In this document: positions 38,901-50,113 of the stretch, in pieces
Numbering within the stretch: position 1 is the first letter of the stretch
How the letters are laid out: every line of letters begins with the position of its first letter
Assembly: GCA_028826165.1 (NCBI GenBank)
Contig: JAPDFW010000021.1
Location: 11,645 to 75,644, forward strand
From: Anaeramoeba ignava BMAN
Lineage: Eukaryota > Protista > Anaeramoebae
Direction: 5' to 3'
Length of the DNA: 64,000 nucleotides
Translations under genes and position numbers: made by a program
The notes under the pieces: model-generated
What the model was told of the DNA's origin: nothing
Seen by the model: the letters and a program-made list of their open reading frames with translations, nothing else
The model's database searches: none

Positions 38901-40445
38901 ATTGATTAATTAATTAAATATTTGATTAATTAAATATTTGATTAATTAAATACCAGGTCCAGTTGGGCTTAATTCACTTTCAGATTCACAAACAACAGAA
39001 AAAATAAGTCTAATTGTATCAGAAGGTCCATAAATAACTTGAATATTATCAAAAGTAGCAATTCCATCATTATCAGATGTTGCAGTTAAATTTCCATAAA
39101 GTTGGATTTGTGATTGTACTGAACTAATTTCTTCAAGTAATGTTAAATCAGTTTTTCCAAGCATTTTTACATCTTCAAATGATGCTCCTGATGCTGTTAT
39201 TGTGCAGTTATCCATTCCATCTGATTTGAATTTTTTGGATACTCTTAACTATTTTATTATTTTAAAATTTTATTTTTGGATTATTTTTCATTTTAAATTA
39301 TTTTGATTGGAAATTTTACTTCTGAAGTAAAGGGTTGATAAAAGGAAACATTATTCGATTTTGGGAAATTATAAAAGTCCAATCTAAAAGAAATGATTTT
39401 AAATTTTAATTTTAAATTTGATTTTAATTTTGATTTATTTTAAATTTGATTTTAATTTTGATTTTAAATTTTAATTTAATTTTGATTTTAATTTTAATTT
39501 TAAATTTTAATTTTAATTTGAATTTTAAATTTGATCTTAAATTTGGAATTTGAATTAAGTTTTAAATTAAAAATTGAATTAAAAATAGGGAAAATTTCAT
39601 TTATAACATGAATTTAGAATAAAAAAGAATAAATTAAAATTGAAATATTCAAATAAAAAAATTTTTTTTTTTTAAATTAAGAATAAATAAGTAAAAAATA
39701 AAAAATTAAAAACAAATGTTAAATCAGTTTTTTTGTTCATTTTTATCAGCTCTTCAAATGATGATCTAACAGCCATTCCAAAAACAGTTATCCATTCCAT
39801 CTGATTTGAATTTTGGATATTTAACTATTTTATTTTTAAAATTTTATTTTTGGGATTATTTTTCATTTTAAATTATTTTTTTGAAAATTGAACATCTTTT
39901 AAATTTTGATAAACAAAATTCATTATTCGATTTTGAAATTAAAAAGTCCAATCTAAAAAAAGAAAAATTTTTAATTTTTGTTTTTGATTTTGAATTTTTT
40001 GAAATTTGATTTTAATTTTAATTTTGATTTTAAATTTAATTTTAATTTTAAATTTGAAGAAAATTTTGATTTTGATTTTAAAAAGAAAGAAAATTTTAAA
40101 GAAAATTTGAATTTGACTTTTTAAAATAAATTTTGGATTTTTAAATTAATTTTAAATTAAAAATTGAATTAAAAATAAAAATTTCATTTATAACATGAAT
40201 TTAGAATAAAAAGAATAAATTAAAATTGAAATATTTAAAATAAATTTTTTTAATTTTAAGAATAAACTTTTTAAAAATAAAAATTAAAAACAAACCAATA
40301 TCAAATTATTCAAGTAAATATCTAACAGCCATTCCAAAAACATAATAAATAATAAATATAAATAAATTAAAAATTAATTAACATCATCTCCAACAAAATT
40401 TTTTGAAATAAATTTAAATTCTTTTTGAAAATTGAACATCTTTTT
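32910..40445 (-). CDS. STRA6-like Ig-repeat membrane protein, paralog 3 (intact from exon 2; exon 1 garbled)
   Basis: The 1644-aa ORF 32910..37844 plus upstream exons (37892-38150, 38222-38385, 38460-38630, 38741-38812, 38953-39248, 39320-39383) are near-identical to paralog 2. Exon 1 survives only as corrupted fragments at ~39720-39786 and ~40300-40445. Confidence 0.78.
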
Positions 40446-40460
40446 TATTTTAATAAACAA
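39786..40460. other. Corrupted ~570-bp tandem copy of 39207-39786 (likely consensus or assembly artefact)
   Basis: cagttatccattccatctgatttgaatttt at 39786 repeats 39206. Downstream landmarks (aaaagtccaatctaaaa, ttataacatgaatttagaat, taacagccattccaaaaa) recur ~550-580 bp later with dense indels. Confidence 0.75.
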
Positions 40461-40499
40461 AATTTTTAAATAATAAATTTTAATAAAAAATGAAAAAAA

Positions 40500-42950
40500 T
40501 TAAAAAATTAAAAAATTTTTTTAATTTTTTATTCCACTTTTTGAAATAAATTTTTATTTTTAAATTTAAATTTTTAATAAAATTTTAATAAATGATCAAA
40601 TTAAAAAGAAGAAAAGATTATAAAGAAAATCAAAATAAATTAATTAATATATATTTATTCAATTTTTATTCCACTTTTTTTTGAAATAAATTTAAATTAA
40701 TTTTTAAAATATTTATAAATTAATTCCAAAAATAATAATTAATAAATAATTAATGTAAATAAATTATAAATTATTAATAAAATAATTAATATAAATTTAT
40801 TTAATTTTTATTCCACTTTTTGAAATAAATTTAAATTAATTTGAAATTTAAATTAATTATAAATTATTAATAAATTATTTCCAAAATAATAAATAATAAA
40901 TAATTTATATAAATAAATTATAAATTATAAATAAATTAATTAATATAAATTTATTTAATTTTTTTATTCCACTTTTTGAAATAAATTTAAATTAATTTTA
41001 AATTTAAAATTATTAATAAATTAATTATAAATTATTTCCAAATTAATAAATAATAAATAATTAATGTAAATAAATTATAAATTATAAATAAATTAATTAA
41101 TATATATTTATTTAATTTTTTTATTCCACTTTTTTTGAAATAAATTTAAATTAATTTGAAATTAAATTTATTTATAAATTATTTATAAATTATTTCCAAA
41201 ATTAATAAATAATAAATTAATTAATATAAATAAATTATAAATTATTAATAAAATAATTAATATAAATTTATTCAATTTTTTTATTCCACTTTTTTTTGAA
41301 ATAAATTTAAATTAATTTGAAATTAAAAATATTTATAAATTATTTATAAATTATTTCCAAAATAATAAATAATAAATAATTTATATAAATAAATTATAAA
41401 TTATTAATAAAAATAATTAATATAAATTTATTCAATTTTTATTCCACTTTTTGAAATAAATTTAAATTAATTTGAAATTAAAATTATTAATAAATTATTT
41501 ATAAATTATTTATAAAATAATAAATAATAAATAATTTATATAAATAAATTATAAATTATTAATAAATTAATTAATATAAATTTATTCAATTTTTTTATTC
41601 CACTTTTTTTGAAATGAATTTAAATTAATTTGAAATTTAAATTATTTATAAATTAATTATAAATTATTTCCAAATTAATAAATAATAAATTATTAATATA
41701 AATAAATTATAAATTATTAATAAAATAATTAATATAAATTTATTCAATTTTTATTCCACTTTTTGAAATAAATTTAAATTAATTTGAAATTTAAATTATT
41801 AATAAATTATTTATAAAATATTTCCAAAATAATAAATAATAAATAATTAATATAAATAAATTATAAATTATTAATAAAATAATTAATATAAATTTATTCA
41901 ATTTTTATTCCACTTTTTTTGAAATAAATTTAAATTAATTTGAAATTTAAATTATTAATAAAATATTAATAAATTATTTCCAAAATAATAAATAATAAAT
42001 AATTAATATAAATAAATTATAAATTATAAATAAAATAATTAATATATATTTATTTAATTTTTTTATTCCATTTTTGAAATAAATTTAAATTAATTTTAAA
42101 TTTAAAATTATTAATAAAATATTAATAAATTATTTCCAAAATAATAAATAATAAATAATTAATGTAAATAAATTATAAATTATTAATAAAATAATTAATA
42201 TATATTTATTTATTTTTATTCCATTTTTGAAATAAATTTAAATTAATTTGAAATTTAAATTATCTATAAATTAATTATAAATTAATTCCAAAATAATAAA
42301 TAATAAATTATTAATATAAATAAATTATAAATTATAAATAAATTAATTAATATAAATTTATTCATTTTTTTTATTCCACTTTTTGAAATAAATTTAAATT
42401 AATTTGAAATTTAAAATTATTAATAAATTATTTATAAATTATTTCCAAAATAATAAATAATAAATAATTAATGTAAATAAATTATAAATTATAAATAAAT
42501 TAATTAATATAAATTTATTTAATTTTTTTATTCCACTTTTTTTTGAAATAAATTTAAATTAATTTTAAATTTAAATTATTTATAAATTAATTATAAATTA
42601 TTTCCAAATTAATAAATAATAAATTATTAATATAAACAAATTATAAATTATTAATAAATTTATTAATATATATTTATTCATTTTTTTTATTCCACTTTTT
42701 TTTTGAAATAAATTTAAATTAATTTGAAATTAAAATTATTAATAAATTATTTATAAATTATTTCCAAAATAATAAATAATAAATAATTAATATAAATAAA
42801 TTATAAATTATTAATAAAATAATTAATATAAATTTATTCAATTTTTTTATTCCACTTTTTTTTGAAATAAATTTAAATTAATTTGAAATTTAAATTATTT
42901 ATAAATTAATTATAAATTAATTCCAAAATAATAAATAATAAATTATTAAA
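40500..42950. repeat. Satellite array, ~155-bp unit, ~16 copies, with conserved ATTCCACTTTT(T)GAAATAAATTTAAATTAATT core
   Basis: The core recurs at ~40531, 40669, 40810, 40966, 41123, 41283, 41441, 41597, 41753, 41907, 42065, 42218, 42374, 42530, 42689 and 42849. Two copies lack the second C. Confidence 0.93.
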
Positions 42951-42966
42951 TAAAAAAAATTAAAAA

Positions 42967-42996
42967 TTCATTTTTCATTTTTCATTTTTCATTTTT
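42967..42996 (+). promoter_or_regulatory. Four tandem TCATTTT initiator-like elements
   Basis: ttcatttttcatttttcatttttcattttt ends 35 nt before ATG 43031. Confidence 0.55.
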
Positions 42997-43030
42997 AAAT
43001 TATTAAATTGTTAAATTGTTAAATTGTTAA

Positions 43031-44515
43031 ATGCAAATCAATTACGAAGAAAATGAAGATTACCTTGAGGACATGAACGAAATCCGTGAATTAGGAAGTA
43101 AACCAACAGTAACGATAGCAGCAATAGTATCTAAAGATGAATGGCTTCCAGATGATTCACTACAAAATTGTTTAATATGTTCATCAGTATTCACAACAAC
43201 AAAAAGAAGGCATCATTGCCGGTTCTGCGGATTACTAATCTGCTCATCATGCACATCAAAATCGCTTGACTTCAACTTAGGGAAGACGACCCAACCAGCG
43301 AGAATTTGTGATGGATGTCGAGCACTTTTATCAAATGATTCAAACACAGAAAAAATTCCTGGAATTATGGACGTTGCTATAAGAGAAGGCCTGTATTCAC
43401 CCGACGAGGAATACGATGTGGCAAAGCAAAAACGTTATGCAGGCGTCTATTTTGTTAATTTGGTTCATGATTTTTCTAAATACATTTCGGTCGCAGACCC
43501 AAATAACGAAATTGAAGAGAATGAAACAACAAATCAGACTAATTTTAAGATCCAACGTCTTTCCCTACAGACGTTGATAAAGCTCACTTATAATAACGAA
43601 CGCAACCAGGAGATTATAAGAACAACTCCAAATATTTTCGATACTTTATTCACAGTTGCATTCTCACATCATCAATCAAAACACTTGGCCCTTGAGCTGC
43701 TCGCAAATATTTCAATAACAACAATTTCTAATGATTTATTCGATCCAAATCTTCGACTTTTGTCGCAAATGAAAAAAATTCCTAATTTTATTCTTAATTG
43801 CAAAGATGAAACCGCCCAAAAACCTTCTATTCGTTTTCTCTATAACTATCTCCAATTCTGTCTCGACGAAAGACTTGAGTTTATTGAGGAGGCTGAGTTT
43901 TCTTTTTTGCTCCGAATTGTTTCTGTTTACAAAACACAGAATCCAGTGCTAACAACACTTGCACTTGGTTCGATCTCAATTATTCTTTCCAATAAAAAAC
44001 TCCAGCATTTTATGATTTCAACCGGTGGCATCGGTTTGATTTTCCAGATTCTTTCCGATTTCATCCATTCCGAAACTAGAATCCCTCTTTCATGTCTTTT
44101 TTTCGCCACTAAGATTCTTTGGGATCTTGTTGAGAATGATGAAAATGTTGATTCCATTTTGATTTATGATATTCGTCCACTTCTCCGTATTGTGTTGGAA
44201 GTTCCCAATGCTCCCCAAATTATCCATCATGTCCTCAATTTCATTATGGGTGTTTCAAAGTTCCCTTCTATTGAAAAGCGCTTTTCTGAGGATGCTTGTT
44301 TGGTTCCTGTTATTTTCGCTATTTTTCAACCAAAATTCCCAAAAGCTACAAAATTAAAAGCTTTGAAAGTTGTTTCTAAACTCGCTAATTTTGTTCATTT
44401 GAAAAAGTTTTTGATTGAAAATCAGTTTATTAATTTTTTAACTGTTCTTTCTTCTTCTAATGATTCTGGAATTCAACGTTTGGCTGCTGAAGCTATTCAA
44501 GAATTAAAGAAATAA
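43031..44515 (+). CDS. FYVE zinc finger + armadillo-repeat protein
   Basis: WLPDD...CLICSSVFTTTKRRHHCRFCGLLICSSC...ARICDGC carries the WxxD, RRHHCR and RVC-like PI3P-binding motifs. The C-terminal helical repeats are ARM-like (MISTGGIGLIFQIL, LSSSNDSGIQRLAAEAI). Intronless. Confidence 0.9.
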   Translation: MQINYEENEDYLEDMNEIRELGSKPTVTIAAIVSKDEWLPDDSLQNCLICSSVFTTTKRRHHCRFCGLLICSSCTSKSLDFNLGKTTQPARICDGCRALLSNDSNTEKIPGIMDVAIREGLYSPDEEYDVAKQKRYAGVYFVNLVHDFSKYISVADPNNEIEENETTNQTNFKIQRLSLQTLIKLTYNNERNQEIIRTTPNIFDTLFTVAFSHHQSKHLALELLANISITTISNDLFDPNLRLLSQMKKIPNFILNCKDETAQKPSIRFLYNYLQFCLDERLEFIEEAEFSFLLRIVSVYKTQNPVLTTLALGSISIILSNKKLQHFMISTGGIGLIFQILSDFIHSETRIPLSCLFFATKILWDLVENDENVDSILIYDIRPLLRIVLEVPNAPQIIHHVLNFIMGVSKFPSIEKRFSEDACLVPVIFAIFQPKFPKATKLKALKVVSKLANFVHLKKFLIENQFINFLTVLSSSNDSGIQRLAAEAIQELKK

Positions 44516-44777
44516 TTTTAATTTTAATTTTGAAAAAAAAAAAAAATAAAAAAGAAAAAATAAAAAAGAAAAAAGAAGAATTCCACTTTTTTATTTTTAA
44601 AAAGAAAAGAAAAAGAAAAATTTATTGATTTTTGGATTAATTTTTGAAAAGAAAAAAAAAGAAAAGAAAGAAAGAAAAAAAATTTGTTTGAAAAAAAAAA
44701 TGATTTTTGTTAGAAAAAGAAAAGAAATGTTTTTTTAAAAAAAATTGGATTTAAAGAGAGGAAATTTCTAAATGAAG

Positions 44778-47700
44778 TTAATTATCATTTTCATTATTTT
44801 CATTTTGATTTTCATTTTCATTTTGATTTTCATTTTGATTTTCATTTTGATTTTCATTTTGATTTTCATTTTCATTTTCATTTTGATTTTCATTTTCATT
44901 TTCATTTTCATTTTGATTTTCATTTTCAATTTGATTTTCATTTTCATTTTCATTTTGATTTTCATTTTGATTTTGATTTTCATTTTCATTTTCATTTGAA
45001 TTATCTTCAACTTTAAATTTATAAACTTCAATTAAATTCTTCTTCATTTCATCACGATATTTTGGATAATCAGAAGGTAAAATAACTTTATTATTAGATT
45101 TCAAATCTTGTTCAATCTTTAAAGTAAGTTGAAAATCAGGAAATAAATTAGGATAATCAATAGGAGAAGGAATAGATTCTGAAATTTTCTTATTATTAGG
45201 ATTATCAGATAAATATTTTTTCCATAATTGAACTAATTCAGGAACTTTACTTGGCATATAAGTTCGAGCCATGATTGTTGCCTCAGGAATTCTGTTGCAA
45301 GACTGAAGCAAATTAATGCATTTCTCAACTTCTCCTGTTATAAAATAGCAAAGAAATGCTACGTTATCTTGTCCTTGGGAAATAGCTGATTCTGCTACTT
45401 GTTTTAATCCTTCTTTGTTACTTATTGATGAATAATAAAGAATTAATCCACTTAAATCTTGAATTTTCCACATGCATTTTTCTGCAATATCAAAATTGGA
45501 ATATTCTAGAGCTACTTCAACTAAATGTCTCCATTTATGTTCTGTTGGAGATTTCTCTGCAATTTGATAAGCTTTTTCGATTTGTTCTAGTTTGAGAGCT
45601 TTTATTAAATAAAAAATGAATTTTAATTTTAATTTTAATTTTCAAAATGAATTTTATAAATGAATTTTAATTTTATAAATGAATTTTAATTTTCAAAATG
45701 AATTTTAATTTTAATTTTAATTTTAATTTTAATTTTAAATTTTAATTTTAATTTTAATTTTAATTTTATAAATGAATTTTAATTTTAATTTTAATTTTAA
45801 ATTAAATTTTAATTTTAATTTTAATTTTAATTTTATAAATGAATTTTAATTTTAATTTTAATTTTCAAAATGAATTTTAATTTTAATTTTAATTTTAATT
45901 TTAATTTTAATTTTAATTTTAATTTTAATTTTAATTTTAATTTTAATTTTAATTTTAATTTTAATTTTAATTTTAATTTTAATTTTAATTTTAATTTTAA
46001 TTTTATAAATGAATTTTAATTTTAATTTTAATTTTAATTTTAATTTTAATTTTAATTTTAATTTTAATTTTAATTTTATAAATGAATTTTGATTTTAATT
46101 TTAATTTTTTAAATGAATTTTAATTTTATAAATGAATTTTAATTTTTTAAATGAATTTTAATTTTATAAATGAATTTTAATTTTATAAATGAATTTTAAT
46201 TTTAATTTTAATTTTACCCAACTCAAATTGATGCTCATAATCAGATGTAATCTCCATAGCCTTTTCATACATCCCTAACTTATCCAAAAACCTTGAAATT
46301 CGAATCAACCCAGATTGAGGAATATTAGGAATAATAGAATCAGCAAACTTCAAATCATCTCTCAAAATAGCGGATTGAAAATCAATCTCATTTGTTTCAA
46401 TAGTATAAGTATAAATATTAAAATCCTTATCAGAAAGAACACAACGACTAAACTTGGGAAGATAGCCAATAAGAAACAGCTCCTTATCAAGATGCGCAAT
46501 TGTAAAAACTTCGTCTTTTATGCAATAATTCAATTTTCCTTCATTTGTATTATAAATAAAACAATCGTGAATCCAAATACCCGAAACTACTGAGTCTTTG
46601 ATTTCAGAAACAATTTCAAAAGAATTATCAATTCCATCCTCATCAAGTTCTTGGTTCAATTCAAGACTTGTATTCACAATTTCCTTGTTGTATCTCAAGA
46701 TAAAAAACGAATTTAAAGTTGATATTGAAATATAATCGCCAGTTTGTGACCAAAAAATATTCTTTGGATTAACATCAATTCTGCGGATAAGACCAAGCGA
46801 GTTCCAGTCATAAAAGCAGACAAAATCATCTGCAGAACGGATTCCAAGGAGAGCACCGCCAAAGATGCCCTTGATGTTATTAAACGGGGAAAATTTTTTA
46901 TCTTCGTTAAAATTGGTATAAATCGCAACCGTGTTTTTGTTTTCAAGAACGGCGTATTTGGAGGTATCAGGACCCCAAACGAACTTCAAACCGGAACCGA
47001 ATGCCTTGTTGCGCCAAGCTATTGCTGTGTAAATGGTGAACTCGCCGTCTCCAATAACGCTTACAAAGCGGTCATTTGGGGAATGTTGGATTTTTGTGGG
47101 AAGAACTTCGGAATGGCCGAGATCCTTTGGAGACAAGGACAGCTTATCGCCGTCGTGGATCGTGATTGTATCGTCTGATAAGGCAAGTTTGACATTTGCC
47201 ATCTTGACTTCAGCCTGTTTTGAATAGATGATTTTTCCGTTGGAATCAAAACTAATTGCCGGGATTTCTTTCCCTATTTGTATGACAGCAAAACCGTAGT
47301 CAAAACCGAAAGAGAGCTTTGTGCTCCCGGGCTTTGCGGCGAGGCACCAGCACGAATCCAAGCCGTAATCAAGTGTCGATTCAAGACGATAAGTAACGGA
47401 ATTCCACAATTTGATTGTTCCATCTTCTGATCCACTAATTACGATTTGCAGTGAAGGATGGAACCCAATACAAGCCACATTATCCGAGTGACCCTCGAGT
47501 GTTTGGATACATGTTTTGTTCTGGTAGTCCCAAATCTTCACCATGTGATCGTCTGCTCCTGAAGCTAGAACTGGTCTGTCGTCGTGCATGCAAAATCCAA
47601 TGCAATTCACCCCTTTTTCATGTCCCATTAATGTAAACTTCGCTGTCGGGCTTTCAATCCCCCAGAACTTGATCGTCCCGTCAAGTGATGCTGTGCAGAA

Positions 47701-48724
47701 TGTCTGTGGGTCTTTTGGATTCCATGCTAATTGCATTACATAGTGACTGTGTCCTTCGTATGTTTGTTTGCATTTCCAATCTTCGCTCCAATCCCAGAGT
47801 CGTATTGTCATATCATCCGAACAGGAAACAACGTATGGAAGTGTTGGATGCACTGCAAGGTCTCTTTTTTATTTTTAATATAAATTTCAAATTCAAATTC
47901 AAATTCAAATTCAAATTCAAATTCAAAATGAATTTTATATTTATATTTATATTTATATTTATATTTATAATTATATTTATATTTATATTTATATTTATAT
48001 TTATATTTATATTTATATTTATAATTATATTTATATTTATATTTATATTTATATTTATATTTATATTTATATTTATATTTATATTTATATTTATATTTAT
48101 ATTTTATTTTTATATTTTATATTTATAATTATATTTATATTTATATTTATATTTATATTTATATTTATATTTATATTTATATTTATATTTATATTTATAT
48201 TTATATTTATATTTATATTTATATTTATATTTATATTTATATTTATATTTATATTTATATTTATATTTATATTTATATTTATATTTATATTTAGATTTAG
48301 ATTTATATTTATTTAAATATTTATAATTAAAATTAAATTCAAAAAGTACCTAACATAGTCAGGATGTCCTTCAAATTGTTTAACTTTTTCAAGTGTATTT
48401 GAATTAAAAACACGAATCATAAAATCATCAGAACAAGTAATAAACCATTCTTTTCTTGTAATCCAACGAACAGCACGAATTGGAGTTGTTGATACTTCAA
48501 TTGATTGAATAATTTGTTGAGTTGAATAATTAAAGAAAACTACTTGTCCTGTATAAAGTCCGAGTAATAAAACTGGTTGAGTTGGATGAATATCAACACT
48601 TTTTACTTTTTCAGTTCTTTGTGTTGTTTTCTTTTTAATGTTTAATTTTGATAACTTTATTTTTTATTTTTTATTTTTAATTTTAATTTTTTAATTTTAA
48701 TTTTTTAAATAAAAAACAAACCAT
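44778..48724 (-). CDS. COPB2: Coatomer subunit beta' (COPI)
   Basis: An ATG-only first exon (48724-48722) is followed by an exon encoding RTEKVKSVDIHPTQP...FEGHPDYVR. The next exon encodes HPTLPYVVSCSDDMTIRLWDW, GHSHYVMQLAWNPKD and GDGEFTIYTAIAWRNKAFGSG, and the last exon encodes NRIPEATIMARTYMPSKV. GT-AG introns lie at about 48721-48655, 48349-47864 and 46217-45599. Confidence 0.95.
45610..46216. repeat. Intronic (TTTTAA)n microsatellite with interspersed ATAAATGAA units
   Basis: Visible directly in COPB2 intron 3. Confidence 0.92.
47885..48330. repeat. Intronic (TATATT)n and (AAATTC)n microsatellite
   Basis: Visible directly in COPB2 intron 2. Confidence 0.92.
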
Positions 48725-48749
48725 TTTTTTTTATTATTTATTAAAAACA

Positions 48750-48785
48750 AAAATGAAAAAAATGAAAAATGAAAAAATGAAAAAA
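48750..48785 (-). promoter_or_regulatory. Tandem TCATTTT initiator-like elements upstream of COPB2
   Basis: The + strand reads aaaatgaaaaaaatgaaaaatgaaaaaatgaaaa, 26-60 nt upstream of ATG 48724. Confidence 0.55.
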
Positions 48786-48797
48786 TAAAAAAATAAA

Positions 48798-49898
48798 TTA
48801 AAAATTTTTGTTTTCTTGATTTGAAAAATCTTGATAATAAGGATTATATAAAGGTCCTTCTTGATTAAATTCTTGATTAAATTCTTGATTAAATTCTTGA
48901 TTTTCTTGTTGGTTTTGTTGTTGATTAAATTCTTGATTAAATTCTTGATTAAATTCTTGATTAAATTCTTGATTAAATTCTTGATTAAATTCTTGATTTT
49001 CTTGTTGGTTTTGTTGTTGATTAAATTCTTGATTTTCTTGTGGTTCTTGTTGATTAAATAATGGATTAAATCCTTTTTTATATTCATCAATTTCTGTTTC
49101 ATTTAATTCATTTGGAATTTCAATATTTCCAAATTCAAATTCATTTTTTTGTTGATTTTCTGTTTGATCTTGTTCATTTTTTTCCTTTTTATAAATTTGG
49201 ATCATTGTTTCAAAATCTTCATCTCCTTTTAATTTTGGTTCTTCTTCTTTAACAATTGTTGTTTCACTTGTTTTTTGTTTTTCTTGAATAAACAAAGGAG
49301 TATCAAGAGTATTTCGATATAAATTTTGATATGAATTTCGATATTGATTTCGATATTGATTTCTATATTGATTTTGATTTTGATTTTGATTTTGATTTTG
49401 ATTTTGATTTTCATTTTGATATTCATTTTGATTTTCATTTTCATTTCTTCTATTTCTTGAAAAACAACAAGAATCACAATTACAATTACATGAACAACAA
49501 TTCCTTTTTAAATCCAAAAAAAAATAAAAGGAAAAAAATTTATTTTTTTTGGATCAAAAAAATTTATTATTTAAAAAATTTTCAATAAATTTTTTTTTAT
49601 TAAATTCTTACCTTGCTGCGTCACAACAAGCAATAACAGGTATAGCAATAAATGGAATACCAAAAAGTACTCCTCCAAAAATCGTTAATAATTTAATTGA
49701 TAAACTAGAACCAACTACCAATAAAATAAATCCTGTCTGTTTATTAAATAAATTTTATAAATAAAAAAATTTAATTAAAATTCCAAATTTAAATTTATAA
49801 AATAGATTTGAAAGGAAAATAAATACAATTGCACATAAAAATATCAAAATACAAAAACCACCATTATGTCCAAAACAACATGAACATTTATTTCTCAT
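48798..49898 (-). CDS. Small membrane protein: two hydrophobic segments, Cys-rich juxtamembrane cluster, QEFN-repeat acidic tail
   Basis: Three exons: MRNKCSCCFGHNGGFCILIFLCAI | TGFILLVVGSSLSIKLLTIFGGVLFGIPFIAIPVIACCDAAR | NCCSCNCNCDSCCFSR..., joined by GT-AG introns at ~49826-49737 and ~49611-49504. Confidence 0.7.
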
Positions 49899-50113
49899 TT
49901 CAAAATTATAAAAAAATTGAGAAAAAAAAATGAAAACTTTTTTTTTAACAAAATTTCATCAAATTAATTTTTCATCAAATTTTTTATTTCATCAAATTTT
50001 TATTTCAATTCAAATTCATTTCAATTCAAATTAAAACAAAAGTTTCAATTCATTTTCAATCTAATTCAAGTTGATTCAATTCAATTTCAATTCATTTTCA
50101 TTTCATTTTAATT

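Noticed and set aside
40500-42950. CRISPR-like array (regularly spaced conserved motif)
   Set aside because: The inter-motif sequences are themselves near-identical repeats rather than unique spacers. There are no cas genes and the context is eukaryotic.
46800-47860. Lateral transfer or chimeric contig suggested by higher GC
   Set aside because: The segment is the in-frame middle exon of a conserved eukaryotic COPB2 gene with canonical splice junctions on both sides.
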